In this document: positions 43,120-55,742 of the stretch, piece by piece | Position numbering within the stretch: the stretch's first letter is position 1 | How the letters are laid out: each line of letters opens with the position of its first letter | Notes under the pieces: generated by a model | Told to the model about the DNA's origin: nothing | What the model saw: the letters and a program-made list of their open reading frames with translations, nothing else | Database searches by the model: none | Assembly (NCBI GenBank): GCA_963766715.1 | Contig: CAVYBH010000017.1 | Span: 64,001 to 128,000 of the forward strand | Direction of reading: 5' to 3' | From: an uncultured delta proteobacterium | GTDB taxonomy: Bacteria; Myxococcota; Myxococcia; Myxococcales; Anaeromyxobacteraceae | DNA length: 64,000 nt | Made by a program: the position numbers and the translations under genes

Positions 43120-45811
43120 TCAGTGGGCCTCGGCCCAGCTGTGCCCGTGCCCCACCTCGACGTCGAGCGGCACCTTCAGCTCGGCTGCGCCCTCCATGGC
43201 GCGTCGCACCAGCATCTCGGCGGCCGCCACCTGCCCCGCCGCCACCTCCAGCACGAGCTCGTCGTGCACCTGGAGCAGCATCCGGGCGTCGAGCCCCTCG
43301 GCGGCGAGCGCCCGGTCCACCCGGAGCATGGCGAGCTTGATGATGTCGGCCGCCGTCCCCTGGATGGGCGTGTTCACGGCCATCCGCTCGGCCGCCTGGC
43401 GGAGCCCGGGATTGCGGGCGCGGATGTCGGGGAGCTCGCGGCGTCGTCCCCAGAGCGTGCGCACGGCGCCGGTCTCCCGCGCCCCGGCCACGGTGGCGTC
43501 GAGCCACCGCTTCACTCCCGCGTACCGGGCGAAGTACCGATCGATGATGGCCTGGGCCTCGGCCGGCGGGAGGTCGAGCCGCTGGGCCAGGCCGAAAGCC
43601 GACAGCCCGTAGGCGATCCCGAAGTTGAGCACCTTGGCGACCCGGCGCTGGTCCGGCGTCACCTCCCCGGGGGCCACGCCGAAGGTCTCCGCCGCGGTGC
43701 GGGTGTGCACGTCCTCGCCCCGCTGGAAGCTGTCGAGCAGGGAGGCGTCCTCGGCGTAGTGGGCGAGGATGCGCAGCTCGATCTGCGAGTAGTCGGCCGA
43801 GACGAGCAGCCGGCCCGGCGGCGCGACGAAGGCGGCGCGGAATCCGGCGCGCCAGGTCGGTCCGGACCGGGATGTTCTGGAGGTTCGGATCCTGCGACGA
43901 GAGGCGCCCGGTGGCCGCGCCGGCCTGGTTGTAGGTGGTGTGGAGCCGCCCGTCGGCCGGGTCGACCAGCGCCGGCAGCGCGTCGACGTAGGTGCCCTTC
44001 AGCTTGGAGAGGGATCGGTGCTCGAGCACGAGGCGAGGCAGCGGGTGCTCCTCGGCCAGCTTCTCGAGGACGTCCTGGTCCGTCGAGGGTCCGGTCTTGA
44101 GCCGCTTCACCACCGGAAGACCGAGGTCGACGAAGAGGACCTGGGCGAGCTCCCGGGTCGAGGCGATGTGGAAGGCGCGCCCGGCCGACTCGTGGATGCG
44201 CGCCTCCAGGCCCTGCATGGCCGCGCCGAACTCGGCGCTCATCGCTCCCATGGCCGCGGAGTCCACCGCGATGCCGACCTGCTCCATCCCCGCCAGCACC
44301 GGGACGAGCGGGCGCTCCACCTCCGCGTGGAGCCGCCCGAGCCCGTCGTCGTCGAGCGCGACCTGCAGCGCCGCGGCCAGTCCGGGGAGGACGGCCGCCG
44401 CCGCGCCCGCCTGCGCCGCCGTCTCCTCGACCGGGAAGGTGGCCGGGTCCCCTCCCCCTCTCCCGGACGTCGCGCGAGGCGGAGCGACCTCCAGCGCGAT
44501 CCGCTCCCGGGCCACGTCGGCGAGCGAGTGCTCGCGCCGGGAAGGAAGCAGGAGGCGGCTCGCGAGCTCCGTGTCGAGACCTCGATCCGGGAGCACGAGC
44601 CCCAGGTGGCGAAGGGCGTGGATCTCCGACTTGAGGTCGTGGGTGTGGACCGCGACCGCGGGATCGGCGAGAAGCGGCCCGAGCCCGGCCGCGACCTCGG
44701 CCGCCGGGAGCTGGGCGGGCGCACCCAGGTAGTGATGATGGATCGGCACGTACCAGGCCCGGCCCGCGGCCGCGAAGGCGATGCCCGCGGGCGCGACCGT
44801 GCGAGGGGCCGGCGACGAGAAGGCGGCGCGGAGCCCCACCTGCCCGGCGCGCCTCGCCTCGGCGACGGCGGCATCGAGGGCCGCGCGGGAGGTGACGATC
44901 TCGGCCGTCACGGCGCTCTCGCGCGGAGCGGGAGCAGGGAGCTCCCGGAGGAGCCGCCCGAACTCCAGCTCGGTGAAGAGGGCCCGGGCGCGCTCGGCGT
45001 CGACCGGGCGCCGGGACAGGTCGACGGGTCGCTCGGCCAGGGCGACGTCCTCCTTGAGGGCCACAAGCGTCCGGTTGAGCCGGATGCGGTCGGCGTGGGC
45101 CACGATCTTCTCCCGGAGCTTCTCCCCGCCCCGAGGCACCGCCGCCGGGATCTCGCCGGGACGGGCGAGCATCGCCTCGACGGTCCCGAAGTGGCGGACG
45201 AGCGCGGCCGCCGTCACCTCGCCCACGCCCGGGACGCCCGGCACGTTGTCGATCTTGTCGCCGGTGAGCGCCATCACCTCGACGACCTGCGCGGGCGGGA
45301 CGCCCATCTTCTTCTCGACGTCGGCCGGCCGGGTCCACCCTCCCCGGCCCGCCGCCTCCGCCATGGGGTCGTAGAGCTCGATCCCATCGCCGACCAGCTG
45401 GGCGAAGTCCTTGTCCCCGGTGACGATCACCACCTCGAAGCCGTCGGCGCGGGCCCTGCGGGCCAGCGTGGCGATGACGTCGTCCGCCTCGACGCCCTCC
45501 TCCTCGATCACCGGCACGTCGAGCGCGCGGGCGACGTCGCGGACGAGCGGGAACTGCCGGGCGAGGTCCTCGGGGGCCTCCGGGCGGTTCGCCTTGTACT
45601 GGGGATCGAGCTCGGTGCGGAAGCTCCTGCGGCTCTTGTCGAAGACCAGGGCCGCGTGGGTCGGCGCGTGCTCCCGGAGCGCCTTCAGGAGCATCGTGGT
45701 GAAGCCGTAGACGGCGTTGGTGGGAACGCCCTTCGTCGTGGAGAGGTGGGGGATGGCGTGAAAGGCCCGGAAGATGAAGCCGGACCCGTCGATGAGCGTG
45801 AGCGTGGGCAT
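43120..45811 (-). CDS. polA: DNA polymerase I (frameshift near 43845)
   Basis: LIDGS..IFRAF, EADD, TGRLSS.DPNLQNIP, DYSQIELR, NFGIAYG, QGTAAD, VHDEL. Confidence 0.97.
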
Positions 45812-45824
45812 CTGCCCGCCGCGC

Positions 45825-48470
45825 CTACCGGATGGTCACGGACTGCCCGGAGTCGAGTCCCGGTGGGACGTCGAAGAGGGCGCCGCCCGCGAAGGTCGTG
45901 TAGTAGACCCGCCCCTTGTTCTCCTGGCCGATCAGGCTCTTGTCGAAGGTCGAGGAGCTCGTCCCGACCGACGCGTTCAGGGGGCGGCGGGTGACCGGGG
46001 CGAATCCGCTGGCGGTGGAGAAGCTGACGCCAGCGTCGCGCGCCGGAGCGAGGTGGCGGGATCGCAGTCGGCTGGGGGTGATCGGGCTCTGGCAGTACGA
46101 CCCGAGGGTGAACCCGACCACGGGGCCGGGCTCCATCGGGTCGAGCATCTCGGGGAAGCCCGTGTAGCAGCCGGGCTCGGAGATCGCAGGACTCGTAGTA
46201 GGCCGGGTACCAGAATCGCCGGGCCTTGCGGGCCACGAGCAGGGCCTCGCCGGACAGCGTCTCCTCGTCGGCCCATGCGAAGTTGTATCGCACGCCCAGT
46301 GCCGGTCGTCCCGCGTAGCCCGACGAGCTTCCGACCAGGACGAAGCCCCCCGCGCGGACCCAGACGCCCCTCAGGTAGGCGGTGGTGCTCGTGGTCACCG
46401 TCTGGAACGCCGTGAAGACGTTTCCGGGCTGCTGCCGAAGCGCGTCGACGAGGCAGGTGTACTCGGCCGCCAGCGTCGGATCGGTCGGCAGCGCGAGAAG
46501 CAGGGCCCCGGAGGGATAGAGCACCGGATCCGGCGGCGAGGAAGGAACCGATGGGCGCCTCGTGGGCCTGCGGCGGCTTGGTCGAGTCGTAGACCGGCGT
46601 CGTGGTGCCCGTCGGGACCCAGTTGGGCCGGGTGGGCGTGCAGGGGTCCGAGTCGAGGATGAACTGCGTGATGTCGCCCGTCTGCCCCGGGACGTCGGCG
46701 GCGTGGATGCCGAAGATGGGACTGGCGACCTCGAGCCCCGGGACCCACGGCGTGCTGGCCGGGAGCACGCCCGAGGCGGGCGGGGAGTAGGCCTCCTGGA
46801 GCGCGACGTAGAGCGACGCTCCGTCCGCGGCGAGCCCGACGACGCCACGGCGGGTCGAGAGGGACGGGAGGACCCCCTGGTAGGACGCCAGCCAGGATTC
46901 ACTTTTCGTGAATCCAGGCCAGATGGTGATGTCGTTGATCATCTCGAGGGGGTCGGTGTCGACGACGCCCTTCGAGGTCTGGAGCGCCACCGCGGAGGTG
47001 TTGTCCGGGAAGCCGAGCAGCGCCGTTCCCGCGGCCGGGCCGGCCGGTCCGACGGGGAGCGCCTTCACGACCTGCGTGCGGGTCGTCGAATCGTTGAGCG
47101 CGGACACGAAGTCGAGCGGGCCGAACCGTCCGAGGTCGACGAGGAAGGTGTTGCCGTCCCCGGTCGCGACCAGCATGGAGGCGGTGGACCACCACAGGCT
47201 GCCTGCCGCGAGCTGCATGAACCTCTGCGCGATCCCGTTCCCGTTGAACAGGGCGAAGCCGCCTCCGGGAAGGCCCGCGTCCGGGCAGACCGGAAGCGGA
47301 GTTGCCGGGCGTGGCGGGCGAGAAGCAGACCTGGGATCCGTTCACGAGCCCCGGGGCGACCGTCCCCGGGTTCTCGGGCGGCATCGCGACCCCGACGGCG
47401 AGCGGGATGGAGGCCGAACGCATCGGAGCCCGGTAGGACTGCTTGGGCACGAAGCCGATGTCGGGCGCCGGATCGGCCGCCAGGCCTCCCCGCGCGGGGT
47501 CGAAGGTGGCGATCCCGCATTCGATCCGCTCCAGGGGTCCGCAGCCGGACGGGGCGATCGCGGCGTAGACGCGGAGGGCGGGGGCGTCGAAGTCCCACCA
47601 GGTCTCCACCTTGCGCTCGCCGACGATGGCCGCGGCGACCGACGTCGTGGGGGCGCGACCATCGAGGCCGCGAACGGGCCACGGCTGGGTCAGCCCGCCA
47701 CTCGCGTCGACCTCGGCGATGCCGAAGACGGACGCCCCTCCGTGTCGGGCCGGGGATCGGGTCGCCGGTGGCGAGGTAGACGTGGAAGTTGTCCGGAGAC
47801 GCGGAGATCGCCACCGCGTCGAACTCGAGCGGCTTCACCTGGGGCGCAGCCGGCGAGGACGATGGAGCCGCCGTCGCCTCGCGCGATCTCCAGGACCACG
47901 AGCTTCCCACCGCCGCCGGACGAGCCGCCGGACAGGGCCACGACGACCCAGGCCTTGCCCGGCGTCGCGGCGTACACGGGAGGCACCCCGGCCGGATCGC
48001 CGGACGGAACCGCGGTGACCGTCAGCGCGAGGATCTCGCTTCCCGACTCGACCAGGTTCGTCAGGTCCCACTGCTCGGCCACGGCGATGAGCGGCGTCCG
48101 GTTCACCGGCGTGTACCAGGTGCCCACGAGCTGGACGAGGAGCCCGCTGCTGGCCACGACGAGGGCGTCTGGCCCGCCGTCCTGGAGGGAGCCCGAGGCG
48201 AGGTGGAACGGGCGAGCCAAGCGTCGGGATCGAGAGCGGGAAGGCCAGGTTCGCGGATCGCTGGGGCCGGTCCGTCGCCGGGTCGATGAGCCGGAGCTCG
48301 TCTCCACGGCTGGACGCGACGGCGATCCAGGGCACCAGGCCGGTCGTCTCGTCTCCCGCTCCCCAGAAGCCGGCGACGGCAGCGGGACCGCGGAAGTCGG
48401 CGCTGAGTACCGTGGCGCCGTTGCTGCACGCGGTGGCCAGGAGCGCCATCAGGCCAAGAAGGCGCTTCAC
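45825..48470 (-). CDS. Large hypothetical lipoprotein (multiple frameshifts)
   Basis: VKRLLGLMALLATAC lipobox; protein-like segments across several frames ending ...GQSVTIR. Confidence 0.7.
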
Positions 48471-49925
48471 GGGCCCCTCCCGATGCGCTTCACGAGCGCG
48501 ATCGATTCCGGCCGGTCGGGGTCCATCTCCAGGATGTTCACCCAGTTGTCGAGGAACGATCCCACGTAGAGCCGGTCGCAGGATCCCCCGATGACGCAGG
48601 GAGACGGCTCGTAGGGAGCCTCGGTGGGGGTCGAGGCGGGCACGGTGATGGCCCGCGCCGGGTCGATGGGCTCGGCGGCGATCCCGAACGGCAGCCGGCC
48701 GAGGATGGGAACGCCGGTGTCGGGGTTGAGGCCGATGTAGCTCGTCACGAATCCCAGCTCCGCGTCGTAGATCACGAGCGAGCCTTCCTGGTCGCAGGTG
48801 AGCGCCACCAGGTCGCCCCGGCGCGCGACGCGGGGGCAGGACCTTGAGATCGCCAGTGCCCAGGCAGGTGGGCACGACCTGCCGCAGCGCCATCGACGGT
48901 TGCTGGTAGGCGTCGCGGGCGATGGAGAAGACCACGAGCGCCCCGCCCTCGAGCAGGAACGCGCCGGTGTTGGCGAGCAGGTCGGCATCGTAGAGATCCA
49001 CGGCCAGGAAGAGGAGCAGGCCGTCGTTCGAGATCGCGACGGCGCGCGCCGAGGAGCCGAGCACGACCCCGCTGGTCACGAAGGTATTGAATACCGGGAA
49101 GTCGTATCCACCCGAGGTCACGTTCTGGACGCTGGGGTTGATCCACCGGAGAGGAGCGAGCCCCCCGGTGGCGCCTCCGGAGATGAAGAGCCAGTCCCCG
49201 AGGGAAGCGTACGCGGCGCCGTAGGTCGGCGAGATCCCGAGGGCGAGGACGTTCACCGAGCCCGTCGCCAGGTCCATCCGGGTCAGCCATCCCTGGCTGC
49301 TGGGCCCACGCAGGTAGGTGAAGTACGCATCCGCCCGATCCGTTCCGCCGTTCGAGTTGCACACCGTCGCGACGCCGTACGGATCGAGGAGCTGGACGGC
49401 CTGCACGGAGGCGCACCCGGTCCCGCACGAGAGCGACCCGTCGGCCGGCATCTCCATCCGGTACAAGGTCTGGATGGCGCGGGAGCCGAGGAGCACCTGC
49501 GCGCCCCCCGCGGCCACCGCGGGGTCGGCGGACAGCTGCGAGCAGGCGGTGGGGCACTGGGGCCACCCGGGCGGGCAGGCCTGCTCGACCACGGCCACCT
49601 GCCCGCCGAAGCTCCCGATGCGCTGGAACCCGTTCGGATAGACGGCGAGGTCTCCGCCCAGGATGCTGTCCTGGGATGCGTCCGGGTCCACGACGAGGAC
49701 CGTCCCGCCATCCGACTCCTGGTAGCGGAGGTCGAAGTTGGAGGAGACCACGACCAGCTGGCTCGACCCGGCCGGCGTGGCGGTGGTCGGAGGCATCTGC
49801 CTCACCGCCAGTCCGACGGGGTAATAGAAGATGTCCGCAGGCGGCAGGACGACAGGGTAGGAGTCCCTGCAGCCGGCCGCCATCAGGAAGGCGAGGAGCG
49901 CGACAATCTTTGGGATTCGGGTCAC
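48467..49925 (-). CDS. Hypothetical lipoprotein, probable beta-propeller (frameshift near 48830)
   Basis: Lipobox MAAGC; PVGLAV, VSSNFDLRY, ARAVAIS.DG, PFGIA, LYVGSF. Confidence 0.75.
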
Positions 49926-49982
49926 CGGGAGCGCGAACCCTAAGCCCCGCATCCCCCCAGGGTCAAGGGGAAACCGGGCGTT

Positions 49983-52097
49983 TCACGCCCCTCCCGTGGA
50001 ACCCCCGGCGGGCGGCAACTCGGCCTGGATCTTCCGGAAGTCGGCGACGTCCGCGAAGAGGTCCGACACCCGCTTCATGATGCCGAGACGGTTGGCCCGC
50101 ACGGCCGGTTCCTCGGCCATGACGAGCACCGCGTCGAAGAAAGCGTCGATGGCCGGCTTGAGCGAGGCCACCGCCCGGAGGACCGACGCGTAGTCGCGCG
50201 CGCGCCGGAAGGCGGCGACTTCCCCCTCGACCCGCTCGACCTCGTCGACGAGCACGGTCTCGGCGCCCGCGCCGAGGAGCCCGCGGTCGACGCCGGCGCC
50301 GGTCCCCTCCCCCGCCTTCTCGCGGATGTTGGCGACCCGCTTGAAGGCCACCGCCAGCGGGACGAAGTCGGGGCGGGTCTTCACGCTGGCCAGCGCCTCG
50401 AGGCGCCGGCGGGCGTCGACGACGTCGTCGAATCCGGCCGCCAGCACCGCATCGACGAGGTCGCCGTCGAACTCGTCGCTCCAGAGGGCGCGGAGACGCC
50501 CGCGCAGGAAGTCGAGGACCTGCGAGGCGACCACGGTCCGGTCGGCCGCCAGCCGGGCCCCGGCGAGCGCGTCCAGCGTCTGCTCGACGGCGCCCGCCAG
50601 CGACAGGTGGTACGCGCGCGCCTGGACGATGCGGAGGATCGCGATGGCCGCGCGGCGGAGGCCGTAGGGATCGGCGGCTCCCGTCGCCTTCTCGCCCACC
50701 CCGATGATCCCCACGAGCTGGTGGAATCGATCGGCCAGGCCCACCAGCGCCCCGAGGTCCCCGCGCGGCATCTCCTCGGAGGCGCCGACCGGCTTGTAGT
50801 GATCCTCAATCGCGTCGGCCACCTCGCCGCGGAGCCCTTCCAGGCGCGCGTAGTGGCCGCCCATCGTGCCCTGCAGCTCGGGGAACTCCCCGACCATCCC
50901 GGTGGTGAGATCCGTCTTGCACAGGCGCGCCGCCTCGAGCAGGTCGGGCACGAGGTCCTCGCGCCCCATCGAGCGGGCCAGGCCGCTCGCCACCGAGCCG
51001 ATGCGGTGGACGCGATCGAGCTCGCTGCCGAGGCGCGCCTGGTAGGTCCGGCGCCCCAGGTCCTCGATCCGGTCGCGGAGCCGGCGCTTGCGGTCCTCCT
51101 CGAAGAAGAAGCGCGCGTCGGCGAGCCGGGCGCGCAGCACCCGCTCGTATCCGTGGCGGGCCACGGCGGGATCCCGGACGGCGGTGCCGGACACGGCGAC
51201 GAAGCGGTTGGCCAGGCGGCCGTGCGCGTCGAGCACCGCGAAGTAGCGCTGGTGGTTGCGCATCTCCGAGATGACCACCTCGGGCGGCAGCTCGAGGTTC
51301 GACTTCTCGAAGGTCCCGGCGATGCCGGTGGGATGCTCGACGAGCCAGGTGACCTGCTCGACCAGCGGCTCGTCCGGGCGCAGGCTGCCCCCCGCCTTCC
51401 GGGCCGCCCGGGAGAGCTCCTGCTCGACGGCGGCGCGCCGCTCGACCGGGTCGACGATCACGTGCGCCTTGCGCAGCCGGGCGACGTAGTCCTCGGGCGC
51501 ACCGGAGAGCGGAATGGCGCGCGGGGCGAGGAAGCGGTGGCCGGAGGTGACCTTCCCGCTCCGCACCTCCCCGTACTTCACCGGAAGTGCCTTGCCCCCC
51601 AGGAGCGCCACCATCCAGCGGACCGGGCGCGCGAAGGTGACCTCGTCCAGGCGGGACCGCATCGCCTTGCGGAAGCGGAGCCCGGCCACGAGCCGCTCGA
51701 GGAGCGCGGGCAGCACCTGCTCGGCCTTCCGCCCCTTCTCGACCTTCGTGACGGCGAGGCGCAGGCCCTTGGGCGTCTCGACGCGCTCGAGCGCGGCGAC
51801 CTCGACGCCCTGGCTGCGCGCGAAGCCCGACGCGGCCGGCGTGGGGCTCCCCGACGCGTCGAAGGCCTGCGCCACCGGGGGGCCGAGGGCCTGGGTCCTG
51901 GAGTCGGCCTGGCGGGGCGCGAGGTCCCGGGCCCAGACCGCGAGCCGGCGGGGCGTCCCCACGGCCTTCACCTCGCCGTGCGGGAGTCGCGCGTCGTCGA
52001 GCGCCTTCCCCAGGTCCTGCGCCAGCTGCTGCAGCGCCGCCGGCGCGAAGCCCGCCGGGATCTCCTCGGTGCCGATCTCGAAAAGAAGGTCCGCCAT
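49983..52097 (-). CDS. glyS: Glycine--tRNA ligase beta subunit
   Basis: LFEIGTEEIP, TPRRL, RARLADARFF, EFPELQG, DPYGLRR. Confidence 0.97.
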   Translation of the reverse strand: MADLLFEIGTEEIPAGFAPAALQQLAQDLGKALDDARLPHGEVKAVGTPRRLAVWARDLAPRQADSRTQALGPPVAQAFDASGSPTPAASGFARSQGVEVAALERVETPKGLRLAVTKVEKGRKAEQVLPALLERLVAGLRFRKAMRSRLDEVTFARPVRWMVALLGGKALPVKYGEVRSGKVTSGHRFLAPRAIPLSGAPEDYVARLRKAHVIVDPVERRAAVEQELSRAARKAGGSLRPDEPLVEQVTWLVEHPTGIAGTFEKSNLELPPEVVISEMRNHQRYFAVLDAHGRLANRFVAVSGTAVRDPAVARHGYERVLRARLADARFFFEEDRKRRLRDRIEDLGRRTYQARLGSELDRVHRIGSVASGLARSMGREDLVPDLLEAARLCKTDLTTGMVGEFPELQGTMGGHYARLEGLRGEVADAIEDHYKPVGASEEMPRGDLGALVGLADRFHQLVGIIGVGEKATGAADPYGLRRAAIAILRIVQARAYHLSLAGAVEQTLDALAGARLAADRTVVASQVLDFLRGRLRALWSDEFDGDLVDAVLAAGFDDVVDARRRLEALASVKTRPDFVPLAVAFKRVANIREKAGEGTGAGVDRGLLGAGAETVLVDEVERVEGEVAAFRRARDYASVLRAVASLKPAIDAFFDAVLVMAEEPAVRANRLGIMKRVSDLFADVADFRKIQAELPPAGGSTGGA

Positions 52098-52106
52098 GCC
52101 CGCCTC

Positions 52107-53039
52107 CTACTTCCTGGCCTCGGCCGCTTCGCGGGCCGCGCGCGCCGCCTCGACCGCCGCCTTGCGCTCGCGCGCCGGCAGCATGGGGAATCCCAGGGCC
52201 TCGCGCGAGGCCAGGTAGCCCCTCGCGCACTGGTGCGCGAGCGCGCGGACCCGGCCGATGTAGGCGGCCCGCTCGGTCACGCTGATGGCGCCGCGCGCGT
52301 CGAGCATGTTGAACGCGTGGGAGCACTTCAGGCACTGGTCGTACGCGGGCAGCGGCAGGCCGGCCTCGATGAGCCGCCTGCACTCCGCCTCGTGCATGTC
52401 GAACAGCCCGAAGAGCATCTTCGGGTCGCTCTGCCGGAAGGCGTACTCGCTCATCTCCACCTCGTTGCGGTGGAAGACCTCGCGGTACTTGACCCCCTTC
52501 ACCCACTCGACGTCGAAGACGTTCTCCACGTCCTGCAGGTACATGGCGATGCGCTCGAGGCCGTAGGTCAGCTCGGCCGCCACCGGCTTCACCTCGAAGC
52601 CGCCGGCCTGCTGGAAGTAGGTGTACTGGGTGATCTCCATCCCGTCGCACCACACCTCCCAGCCGAGTCCCCAGGCGCCCAGCGTCGGGCTCTCCCAGTC
52701 GTCCTCGACGAAGCGGATGTCGTGCGCCTTCGGATCGATGCCGATGGCGCGCAGCGACCCCAGGTAGAGCTCCTGGGTGTCCGGCGGGTTGGGCTTCAGG
52801 ATCACCTGGAACTGGTGGTGCTGGAACAGGCGGTTCGGATTGTCGCCGAAGCGTCCGTCGGCCGGGCGCCGGGAGGGCTCGACGTACGCCACCTTCCACG
52901 GCTCGGGACCGAGCACGCGCAGGAAGGTCGCCGGGTTCATCGTCCCCGCTCCGACCTCGAGGTCGTAGCCCTGGGCGAGGATGCAGCCCTGCTTCGCCCA
53001 GTAGGTCTGGAGCTTGAGGATGAGGTCCTGGAAGGTCAC
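52107..53039 (-). CDS. glyQ: Glycine--tRNA ligase alpha subunit
   Basis: [42 protein letters not shown]. Confidence 0.97.
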   Translation of the reverse strand: MTFQDLILKLQTYWAKQGCILAQGYDLEVGAGTMNPATFLRVLGPEPWKVAYVEPSRRPADGRFGDNPNRLFQHHQFQVILKPNPPDTQELYLGSLRAIGIDPKAHDIRFVEDDWESPTLGAWGLGWEVWCDGMEITQYTYFQQAGGFEVKPVAAELTYGLERIAMYLQDVENVFDVEWVKGVKYREVFHRNEVEMSEYAFRQSDPKMLFGLFDMHEAECRRLIEAGLPLPAYDQCLKCSHAFNMLDARGAISVTERAAYIGRVRALAHQCARGYLASREALGFPMLPARERKAAVEAARAAREAAEARK

Positions 53040-53131
53040 GCGCTGCCCTCGCTTTCGAGCCCCCGGCCGCTGCCGGGCCCTCCTTCGTAGGTCCCCGCGG
53101 CGGCTGCTGTCAAACGGTTCCTGGGCGCGCC

Positions 53132-53887
53132 CTACGCTCCGGAGAGGAACGGGCCGACCTCGTCGAGGAAGCGGCGCGCCAGGAGACGCTTGCCGAGCTG
53201 GTGCTCGAGGTAGGTGCCCAGGATCGTCCTGGCCCGGGCCGCCGTCGACGCGGGCGCCTCCGCCGGCTCCCCTCGCTGGAGGCGGCGGAGGGCCGCGAGC
53301 GCGTCTGCGGGGACCTCCGGGGATCCGGGCGCGGCGAACGGAAGGCAGTCCGCGCAGAGCACGCCGCCCTGCGCCGGGTCGAAGCGCGTGGGCGCGTCTC
53401 CGGAGGGACGGCCGCAGCGCGCGCAGCCGTCGAGCGAGGGCATGAGACCCGCCGCCCGCAGCGCGTCGAGCTCGAAGCGGCGAAGGTCCCACGGCTCGGC
53501 CGGGGCCGCGTCGAGCCGCTCGAGGTAGGACACGACGCGGTCGAAGAGGTCCTCGTGGGGCTCGGCGTCCCGCACCAGCTCTCGCGCCAGCTCGACCGCG
53601 TAGCTCGCGCAGGCGATGCGAGCCAGGTCGCCTCGCACGGCGCCGAAGGCCCGCTCGACCTGGGCGCTCTCCAGCACCCAGAGGTCGCCGCCTCGCTCGG
53701 TCAGCTCCGTGGAGAGGAGGTTGAAGGGCTCGAGCGCGCCGCCGAAGCGCCGCTGGGACGACCGGGCGCCGCGCGCGAAGGCCGAGAGCTTTCCCCGCTC
53801 CCGGCTGAGCAGCGTCACCACCCGGTCCCGCTCGCCGTAGTCCACCGTGCGGAGCACGACCGCGAGGAGCTTCGCGGAGCGGGGCAC
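53132..53887 (-). CDS. recO: DNA repair protein RecO
   Basis: [19 protein letters not shown]...RFG, C4 motif CARC..CADC. Confidence 0.93.
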   Translation of the reverse strand: MPRSAKLLAVVLRTVDYGERDRVVTLLSRERGKLSAFARGARSSQRRFGGALEPFNLLSTELTERGGDLWVLESAQVERAFGAVRGDLARIACASYAVELARELVRDAEPHEDLFDRVVSYLERLDAAPAEPWDLRRFELDALRAAGLMPSLDGCARCGRPSGDAPTRFDPAQGGVLCADCLPFAAPGSPEVPADALAALRRLQRGEPAEAPASTAARARTILGTYLEHQLGKRLLARRFLDEVGPFLSGA

Positions 53888-53895
53888 GGCCGGGC

Positions 53896-54424
53896 CTAGG
53901 GCGCGCCCGGGGCGCGGTACGGGGCACGCTCGCTCGACTTGTGCCCGCGGATCTCGCCGGCGCCGCTCGAACGCCGGAAACCCACCGCGACGGCCGCCGC
54001 GACGAGCAGCGCCACCACGGCGGCGGCGATCACCAGCCGGCGGGAGGGGGCCCGGGCTCCGGGGCCACGGCGCCGAGGGGGCACGCGCCGAGGGGGCACG
54101 GACCGCGGGCGTCCGCGCGGCCGGAGCGACCTCCGGAACGTCCACGCCGGCCGCCTCCTGGAAGCGGAGCACCACGTCGTCGGCGTCGAGCCCCACGGCG
54201 CCCGAGTAGCTCCTCAGGTAGCCGACCAGGTAGCCGCGGGGCGGCATCCGGTCCGGATCGCCCGCCTCGATGGCCTCGATCACGGCGGGGGCGAGGCGGG
54301 TCACCCGGGCCACGTCGTCCGGGGAGAGCCCGCGGAGCTCGCGCTCGCGCAGGAGGTACCTGCCGAAGGCCCGCACCGGCTCGGCGCGGGGATCCACGGG
54401 GGAGCCGGGAGTTCCGTCGGTCAC
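53896..54424 (-). CDS. RodZ-like HTH membrane protein (frameshift in linker)
   Basis: [15 protein letters not shown]...GYLRSY plus one TM helix. Confidence 0.75.
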
Positions 54425-55174
54425 TTCAGCTGCTCGCCGCTCTTGCGGCAATCCTCGCCGAGCGGCGTCCCCTGGGCCAGCTCGGCGCACTTCTGGAACG
54501 AATCGCGGGCTCGCCCGACCTGGCCGGCCCGGAGCAACGCCTGGGCCAGCTGCTGGTGGGCGTCGGCGGCCTTGTCGCAGGTTCGCGCGTACTGCTCGAA
54601 GGAGCCGACCGCATCCTTCACCTGCCCGTCGGCGAGCTGGATCCGGCCGAGCTCGCGCCAGCCCTGGCAGTACTTGGGCTGGAAGTTGAGGCAGGCGCGG
54701 AGCTCCGCCACTCCCTCCTCCTTCTTTCCCATGCGCCAGAGCGCCTGGCCCTTGTTGCAGCGGGCCACCCAGGGCTCCCGGTACAGCATGATCGAGCTCG
54801 CGGCGTCGAACTCCTTCACCGCCTCCTCGAGCCGCCCGGTCTGCGCCAGGAGCTGACCCAGGTTGTTGTGCGCCTCGGCCAAGCGTCGGCTTGAGCAGGA
54901 TGGCCTGGCGGTACTCGGCCTCCGCCTCGTCGAGCTTGCCGAAGCCCTGCTCGAGGACGAAGCCGCGGCCCAGGTGGGCCTCGGCCAGGTTCGGGTCGTA
55001 CTTCAGCGCCTCGTCGTAGGACTTGAGGGCCTCCTGCGGACGCCCGGCTCGCACGGCCTCGGCGCCCAGGTCGTTGTGCACGACGGCCGAGTCCTTGTCG
55101 CGGGCGCTCGGCCCGTGGGCGCATGCCGCGGAGAGGGCGAGGAGGAAGGGAACCGCCAGCCGGAGGGTGCGCAT
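54421..55174 (-). CDS. tgl: Tgl/PilW-like TPR lipoprotein, secretin pilotin (frameshift near 54882)
   Basis: Lipobox SAAC, TPR repeats, AHNNLG, Cys-rich C-terminus. Confidence 0.85.
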
Positions 55175-55176
55175 GG

Positions 55177-55641
55177 TCAGACGCTCGCCAGGAGGCGGGC
55201 GATTCGCTCCGAGGGACGGGTGTCGGAGGCTTCTCCCCCGCTGGACGGCCCGGGCGCGCGGGGCGGCTGGAAGGCCGGGACGCGCTTCAGGGTCTCCACC
55301 TGCTGGGGGTGGGCGAGGTTCCGGAAGTTGAGGTTGTCGAGCATGAAGCCCATGGACTCCAGGAAGTGGAGCCCCTCGATCTCGACCTCGCGGTACTCCT
55401 CCATGCCGACCTCCCGCCGGTCGCTGGCGTACACGACGTTCTCGTGGGACTTGGCGAGGAACAGCGAGACGTAGATCGAGAAGGTGCCGTTCGGGTTCCG
55501 CAGGCCGCAGAGGAAGCCCTGGACCGCCTGGGGCTCCTTGCCCGGGATGGAGACCTGGGGCTGGTTGATGCTCTCCACGAGCGCGACGACCTGCTCGCGA
55601 CTGGCGGGGATGAAGAGGATGCTCGGATCGGGCTCGAACAC
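55177..55641 (-). CDS. Conserved myxobacterial protein upstream of tgl
   Basis: AGGAG RBS, GTG start; SINQPQVSIPG...FLESMGFMLDNLNF. Confidence 0.75.
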   Translation of the reverse strand: MFEPDPSILFIPASREQVVALVESINQPQVSIPGKEPQAVQGFLCGLRNPNGTFSIYVSLFLAKSHENVVYASDRREVGMEEYREVEIEGLHFLESMGFMLDNLNFRNLAHPQQVETLKRVPAFQPPRAPGPSSGGEASDTRPSERIARLLASV

Positions 55642-55742
55642 GCTGCTCCTCGTCGCGCCCGGAGGCGCGACCGTTTGGCGCCGTGCCTCCGGTAGGTAGC
55701 CTCCCCCGCGCGGGCGCGTCAAGTTCCCCGCGAGGCTCCCGG

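Noticed and set aside
54071..54100. 15-bp tandem duplication (CGCCGAGGGGGCACG x2)
   Set aside because: Simple linker expansion within a CDS
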